DNA of 62,581 nucleotides from Rickettsiales bacterium (GTDB lineage Bacteria > Pseudomonadota > Alphaproteobacteria > Rs-D84 > CACZYB01): positions 1 through 62,581 of the forward strand of contig JAISGI010000036.1 of NCBI GenBank assembly GCA_031263095.1, read 5' to 3'. Made by a program: the position numbers and the translations under genes. The notes under the pieces were generated by a model. That model was not told the DNA's origin. It searched no databases and worked only from the letters and a program-made list of their open reading frames with translations. Shown here in pieces: positions 58,124-62,581 of this stretch. The stretch's first letter is position 1; every line of letters begins with the position of its first letter.

Positions 58124-59883
58124 TTGCCCCCCTTGAACTGCATGTTGTATAGTTTCGCATACTCGCCCTTTTTGGCAAGCAGGGTTTTGTGAGTGCCCGA
58201 TTCGACCACCTTTCCGCGCGCGATGACATAGATTTTGTCCGCGTTCACGATTGTCGAAAGCCTGTGCGCAATCACAAGCGTGGTGCGGTTCTTCATAAGG
58301 TTGTCAAGGGCCGCCTGCACCGCCGCCTCCGATTCGGTGTCAAGGGCCGACGTCGCCTCGTCCAGGAGGAGTATCGGAGCGTCCTTGATTATCGCCCGCG
58401 CAATGGAAATCCGCTGCTTCTGCCCGCCGGACAGGAGCACGCCCCGCTCGCCTATCTTGGTGTCGTATCCCTGCGGCGCCTCCATGATAAAGCCGTCCGC
58501 GTTCGCCATCTTGGCCGCCCGCACTATTTCAGCCTGGCTTACCTCTTTCTTCGCGTTCTCGCCCCGGCCGTAAAGGATGTTGTTGCGTATCGTGTCGTCG
58601 AAAAGTATCACGTCCTGGCTGACAAGCGATATCGCCGCGCGAAGCGACTTCTGCTTGATTTTCCGGATGTCCATGCCGTCGAGCGTTATCGAGCCGGCCG
58701 ATATGTCGAAGAACCGCGGGATAAGGCTTGCGATAGTGCTCTTCCCGCCGCCCGACGCACCGACCAGCGCGACCGTCTTTCCAGCAGGGATTGAGAGGTT
58801 TATGTCCTTTAGCACAGACTTGCCCGCCTCGTACGCAAAGCTCACGTCCTTGAACTCTATGTTCCCCTTGGGCTTTTTAAGCTCCACGGCCTTGGGCGCG
58901 TCGGCAATCTCCGGCTTGGTATCCAAAAGCTCGTACACACGTACGGCCGCGACCATGGCCATCTGGAACTGCACGCGAAAGTTCACAAGGGATTTCAAGG
59001 GCTTATATACGCTTACCCACGCGCCGAGGAATGTCACGAACCCGCCGGTGGTAAGCGTGCCCTGGGTCACCTGCCACCCGCCGAATATGATTATGCCCGA
59101 AATCACTATGCCGGAAAGCCCCTCGATTATCGGGTTCATCGAGGATTGCACCTTGGTTATGCCTATCCCCGTGTCGAACATGGTCTTGAGCGTCCCTTTA
59201 AGATACTCCGCCTCGTAATGCTCCATGCCATAGGATTTTATGATTTTGATGTTCTGGAACGACTCCGATATTTTGGACATGAAGTCCGCGCTCTGCTGGG
59301 TGTTGGCGGTCATTACGGACTTTATCTTGCGGCTCGCCCGCTTGATGAGTAGCGCACCGATTGGGAATATTACGACCACGAACAAGAACGTCCGCCATGA
59401 GTAAAATATCATTATCCCGAACATGGCGATTGTGGTGATGAAGTCCTTGAATACGGTCGTGATGAAAGTGATTGCGATTTGGGAAATCGAGTTCGTCTCA
59501 TTCACTACCTTGGATAACATCTGCCCCGACGAATTCTTGTTGAAGAAAGCCATGTCCAAGGTCAAAAGGTGCGAGAACACCTGCGACCGTATGGACATGA
59601 TTGTCTTCTGCGTAATATAGGACATGATAAGCGTCTGGGCATAGTAAAGCCCGCCTTTAAGGAAATACACGCCCGTTATCTGCGCGCACAGGAAACGCAG
59701 CATTTTCGAGTTCTGATCCGCAAACCCCTTGTCAAATATCGGTTGGAGGAGCGACACCGCATACGCCTCCGACATCGCGATAAGCGAGGTAAGCACGATT
59801 GCCGCGACAAGCTGGGGAATATACTTCCGCGTGTGTTCGCGCCATATCCGGCGCAGTATCTTTGGATTCTTGGCTTTTTCCAT
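58120..59883 (-). CDS. msbA: lipid A export ABC transporter, fused permease/ATPase (MsbA-like)
   Basis: Six N-terminal transmembrane helices, Walker A GASGGGKST, signature LSGGQKQRISIARA, Walker B ILLLDEATSALD. Confidence 0.88.
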   Translation of the reverse strand: MEKAKNPKILRRIWREHTRKYIPQLVAAIVLTSLIAMSEAYAVSLLQPIFDKGFADQNSKMLRFLCAQITGVYFLKGGLYYAQTLIMSYITQKTIMSIRSQVFSHLLTLDMAFFNKNSSGQMLSKVVNETNSISQIAITFITTVFKDFITTIAMFGIMIFYSWRTFLFVVVIFPIGALLIKRASRKIKSVMTANTQQSADFMSKISESFQNIKIIKSYGMEHYEAEYLKGTLKTMFDTGIGITKVQSSMNPIIEGLSGIVISGIIIFGGWQVTQGTLTTGGFVTFLGAWVSVYKPLKSLVNFRVQFQMAMVAAVRVYELLDTKPEIADAPKAVELKKPKGNIEFKDVSFAYEAGKSVLKDINLSIPAGKTVALVGASGGGKSTIASLIPRFFDISAGSITLDGMDIRKIKQKSLRAAISLVSQDVILFDDTIRNNILYGRGENAKKEVSQAEIVRAAKMANADGFIMEAPQGYDTKIGERGVLLSGGQKQRISIARAIIKDAPILLLDEATSALDTESEAAVQAALDNLMKNRTTLVIAHRLSTIVNADKIYVIARGKVVESGTHKTLLAKKGEYAKLYNMQFKGGK

Positions 59884-59885
59884 GT

Positions 59886-61757
59886 CTATATGCCCGCAAG
59901 CGTCGGCTCGAAGGTCGAGGTTCTCTCGATAGCCTTTTTCTTCTTCGCCGAGTCCTTTTTGATAGCAACCTTTTTCCCGCCGATTATGGCCTTTACCTCC
60001 TCGCCGGTCAAGGTCTCGTATTCCAAAAGCGCGGACGCAAGCTTCTCAAGCGAGGCCTTGTTCTTGATAATGGTGTCGTGTGCAAGCTTGTACCCTGTCT
60101 CGACCATGGCCTTGACCTCCGCGTCGATAAGCCGCGCCGTCTCGTCCGAAATGTTCGCGCGCGATTCGATTCCCTCGAACGACGGCGACATTTCCCCATA
60201 AAATACATGGCCAAGCTTGTCCGATAGCCCCCAACGGGTAATGGAATTGCGCGCCAAATTGGTCGCATTGTAGATGTCCGACTCGGCGCCCGTAGTAATC
60301 TTGCCCACACCGAAGAATATCTCCTCCGCCGCGCGCCCGGCCATGGATACCGCGATGTCCGAACGGATAGCGGTAATGTTCCGGCTTACCTTGTCCCGCT
60401 CCGGCAGGTTCTGCACCATGCCCAAGGCCGCCCCGCGCGGCACGATTGTGACCTTGTGGATTGGGTCGACCTCCGGGAGCAGAGCCGAGCATATCGCATG
60501 CCCCGCCTCGTGGTACGCGGTCATCTTTATCTCTTCTTTGGTTTGGGTAAGGGACGAACGCTCCATTCCCATAAGAATCTTGTCCCGCGCATACTCGAAA
60601 TCCTCCTGCGTGACAGTCTTGCGCGAGAATCGGGCAGCCGCAAGCGCCGCCTCGTTCACAAGGTTGGCAAGCTCCGCGCCCGAAAACCCCGGCGTCCCGC
60701 GCGCCACCGCCCCCGCATCGACCGAGGAGGCGATTTTAATCTCGCTTATGTACTTTTTAAGTATGGCCTCGCGCCCCTTTATGTCCGGCAGGCTGATATA
60801 AACTTGCCGGTCGAACCGCCCTGGACGCAAAAGCGCTTCGTCAAGCACATCCGCCCGATTCGTCGCCGCGACCAGGATTATGCCTTCGTTCGTCTCGAAC
60901 CCGTCCATTTCGACAAGAAGTTGGTTCAGCGTCTGCTCACGCTCGTCGTTCCCGCCGCCATATCCCGAACCGCGGTGCCGCCCAACCGCGTCGATTTCGT
61001 CGATGAAGATAAGGCACGGCGCCCGCTTCTTGGCCGATTCGAACAGCGAACGTACACGCGAAGCGCCCACACCCACGAACATTTCCACAAAATCCGACCC
61101 GCTCATGGACAGGAACGGCACTCCGGCCTCACCCGCAATCGCCCGCGCAAGCAACGTTTTTCCAGTACCAGGAGGGCCGACAAGCAACACGCCCTTTGGA
61201 ATGCGCGCCCCGATTCGCGAGTATTTTTCAGGATCCGAGAGAAAGTCCACAACCTCCTCGACCTCCTTTTTCGCTTCGTCAATGCCAAGCACATCCTTGA
61301 ACGTAACGCGACCGTAATTCGGCTCAAGGATTCGCGCCTGATTCTTGAAGAACTGGAACCCGCCACCGCCAGCACCGCCGCCGCGAACGCTCTTGAATAT
61401 CATGACAAGCACCGCTATCCATAATAGGGTGCCCAAAAGGTCTATCACGCGCCCGAATGTCATTCCCCCGTCGGCAAGCTTGACCTCGGTCTTCGCGCCC
61501 GATTCCTCGAGAAGCTCGAACATCCGGTTCGTGGGGATTATGCGGGCCGAAAATGGTTTTCCGTCCTTGAGTTTCCCCTCCACATACTCGCCGCGGATGA
61601 CTATTTCCGATATTTCCTTCGCGCGGGCTTTCGAAAGGAGGTCGGAATAGGCTATTTCCTCCTCCGCCTTGGGCTTTGGGGTTGAATCCGCGCGGAAAAT
61701 CCCGATTGCAAGGGCCAGCGCAATTGCGATGATATAGAAGTTGCGAAAATTTCTCAT
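59886..61757 (-). CDS. ftsH: ATP-dependent zinc metalloprotease FtsH
   Basis: Walker [36 protein letters not shown] zinc motif. The start was moved to [10 protein letters not shown], because the 200-codon upstream extension in the track is Arg/Ser-rich junk that overlaps tilS. Confidence 0.97.
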   Translation of the reverse strand: MRNFRNFYIIAIALALAIGIFRADSTPKPKAEEEIAYSDLLSKARAKEISEIVIRGEYVEGKLKDGKPFSARIIPTNRMFELLEESGAKTEVKLADGGMTFGRVIDLLGTLLWIAVLVMIFKSVRGGGAGGGGFQFFKNQARILEPNYGRVTFKDVLGIDEAKKEVEEVVDFLSDPEKYSRIGARIPKGVLLVGPPGTGKTLLARAIAGEAGVPFLSMSGSDFVEMFVGVGASRVRSLFESAKKRAPCLIFIDEIDAVGRHRGSGYGGGNDEREQTLNQLLVEMDGFETNEGIILVAATNRADVLDEALLRPGRFDRQVYISLPDIKGREAILKKYISEIKIASSVDAGAVARGTPGFSGAELANLVNEAALAAARFSRKTVTQEDFEYARDKILMGMERSSLTQTKEEIKMTAYHEAGHAICSALLPEVDPIHKVTIVPRGAALGMVQNLPERDKVSRNITAIRSDIAVSMAGRAAEEIFFGVGKITTGAESDIYNATNLARNSITRWGLSDKLGHVFYGEMSPSFEGIESRANISDETARLIDAEVKAMVETGYKLAHDTIIKNKASLEKLASALLEYETLTGEEVKAIIGGKKVAIKKDSAKKKKAIERTSTFEPTLAGI

Positions 61758-61776
61758 ACGGTTTAGTCTATACTTT

Positions 61777-62581
61777 ATGCAGGCAAAGTTCAATACAAAA
61801 ATGGATATTCTGGCGGACGGGCATAGGTTCGCGATAGCGCTTTCCGGCGGCTCCGATTCGATGGCCTTGGCACTTCTTGCCGCGAATTGGGCGAAAACGC
61901 GCGACGTCGAGGTTATTACGCTCACCGTTGACCACCGCCTACGCGCGGAAAGCGCACACGAGGCAAAATGGGTCGGCACGCAGATGTCCGCCCGCGGCAT
62001 ACGGCACGAAATCCTTACATATAAAGGCCGCCTGCCCACGAAAAATATAGAGGCCGCCGCAAGGGAATATAGATACAAACTCCTCTGCGACTGGTGCAGG
62101 GCGAACGCCGTGGACGCACTTCTTGTCGCGCATAACTCGGACGAGCAGGCCGAGACGTTTTTAATGAACCTTTCGCGCGGCAGCGGTGTTTCCGGCCTCG
62201 CCGCCATGTCCGAACGCGCAGGAATAGGCGGCATTCCCGTCCTGCGCCCGCTTTTGGAGTTCAAGAAAGCCGACCTGCAACGCTTCCTCCGCACCAAGCA
62301 CCAGGAATGGATAGAAGACCCGATGAACCGGGACGAAAGGTTCAAGCGCGTGCGCATGCGCGGCCTCCTGAAACGGCTCGAACTCTCACCCGAGCGTATC
62401 GCCCTGACGGTCGAGAATATGGCCCGCGCAAAGGAGGCATTGGAATTCTACGCGGACGAGCTGCTGGCCGCACCGCTGACTGTCGAACGCCTGAAATCCG
62501 CACCCGAAGACACGGCCTTGCGCGCGCTCGCCAAGGTTCTGATCGGCAAATACCACCCGCGCCTCTCCTCGCTCAAGACGC
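61777..62581 (+). CDS. tilS: tRNA(Ile)-lysidine synthase, 3'-truncated by the window edge; not in the ORF track (alternative start 61801)
   Basis: Hand translation gives MQAKFNTKMDILADGHRFAIALSGGSDSMALALLAANWAK..., containing the PP-loop SGGxDS, followed by VAHNSDEQAETFLMNLSRGSG. Confidence 0.85.
   Translation, partial: MQAKFNTKMDILADGHRFAIALSGGSDSMALALLAANWAKTRDVEVITLTVDHRLRAESAHEAKWVGTQMSARGIRHEILTYKGRLPTKNIEAAAREYRYKLLCDWCRANAVDALLVAHNSDEQAETFLMNLSRGSGVSGLAAMSERAGIGGIPVLRPLLEFKKADLQRFLRTKHQEWIEDPMNRDERFKRVRMRGLLKRLELSPERIALTVENMARAKEALEFYADELLAAPLTVERLKSAPEDTALRALAKVLIGKYHPRLSSLKT

Noticed and set aside
61758-62357. The 200-codon N-terminal extension of the ftsH ORF in the track (59886..62357).
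   Set aside because: The extension is Arg/Ser/Cys-rich, lacks FtsH features and overlaps tilS on the other strand. The canonical FtsH N-terminus with its first transmembrane helix starts at [10 protein letters not shown] (61757).

Overview
62.6-kb chromosomal window from a GC-rich diderm bacterium. The gene content (olsB, SPOR proteins, an MJ0042-type zinc-ribbon protein, lpxB/msbA/lolCDE, rubrerythrin) suggests an uncultured, possibly anaerobic Alphaproteobacteria-like organism; that placement is inference only. The backbone is housekeeping: clpX, cmk, gap, rluD, lolE/lolD, efp, rpmI-rplT-pheS-pheT, fabI, dnaX-ybaB, recR, lpxB, secF, gatC, fabZ, rsmA, msbA, ftsH and tilS. No rRNA, tRNA or CRISPR array was seen. 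The main unusual signal is a poly-G phase-variation network. Nine G/C homopolymers of 8-9 nt each sit in the first codons, or in one case the promoter spacer, of genes for secreted or surface-related proteins. Five of them lie inside a conserved portable 5' module (-10 box, AGTCTAAC leader, strong SD, ATGAACAAAAAGTGTACG-G9) that heads two unrelated paralogous families of secreted proteins. Most of these genes are frame-shifted (OFF) at the assembled tract length. Other observations: a bipartite hairpin repeat family that abuts stop codons, brackets one cassette, and is inserted between lolE and lolD with a 23-bp duplication; an A11 slippery run in dnaX with stops in both alternative frames; a 48-bp tandem duplication of the pheS initiation region; a ~1-kb non-coding island after efp (a ~375-nt structured RNA candidate, a MITE-like element and two terminated structured elements); an XRE-regulated operon ending in a secretin-like lipoprotein coupled to lolE; an orphan type IV pilin-like gene; and an S41 peptidase homolog lacking both catalytic residues. 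All product calls come from motif recognition by eye. No database search was run.
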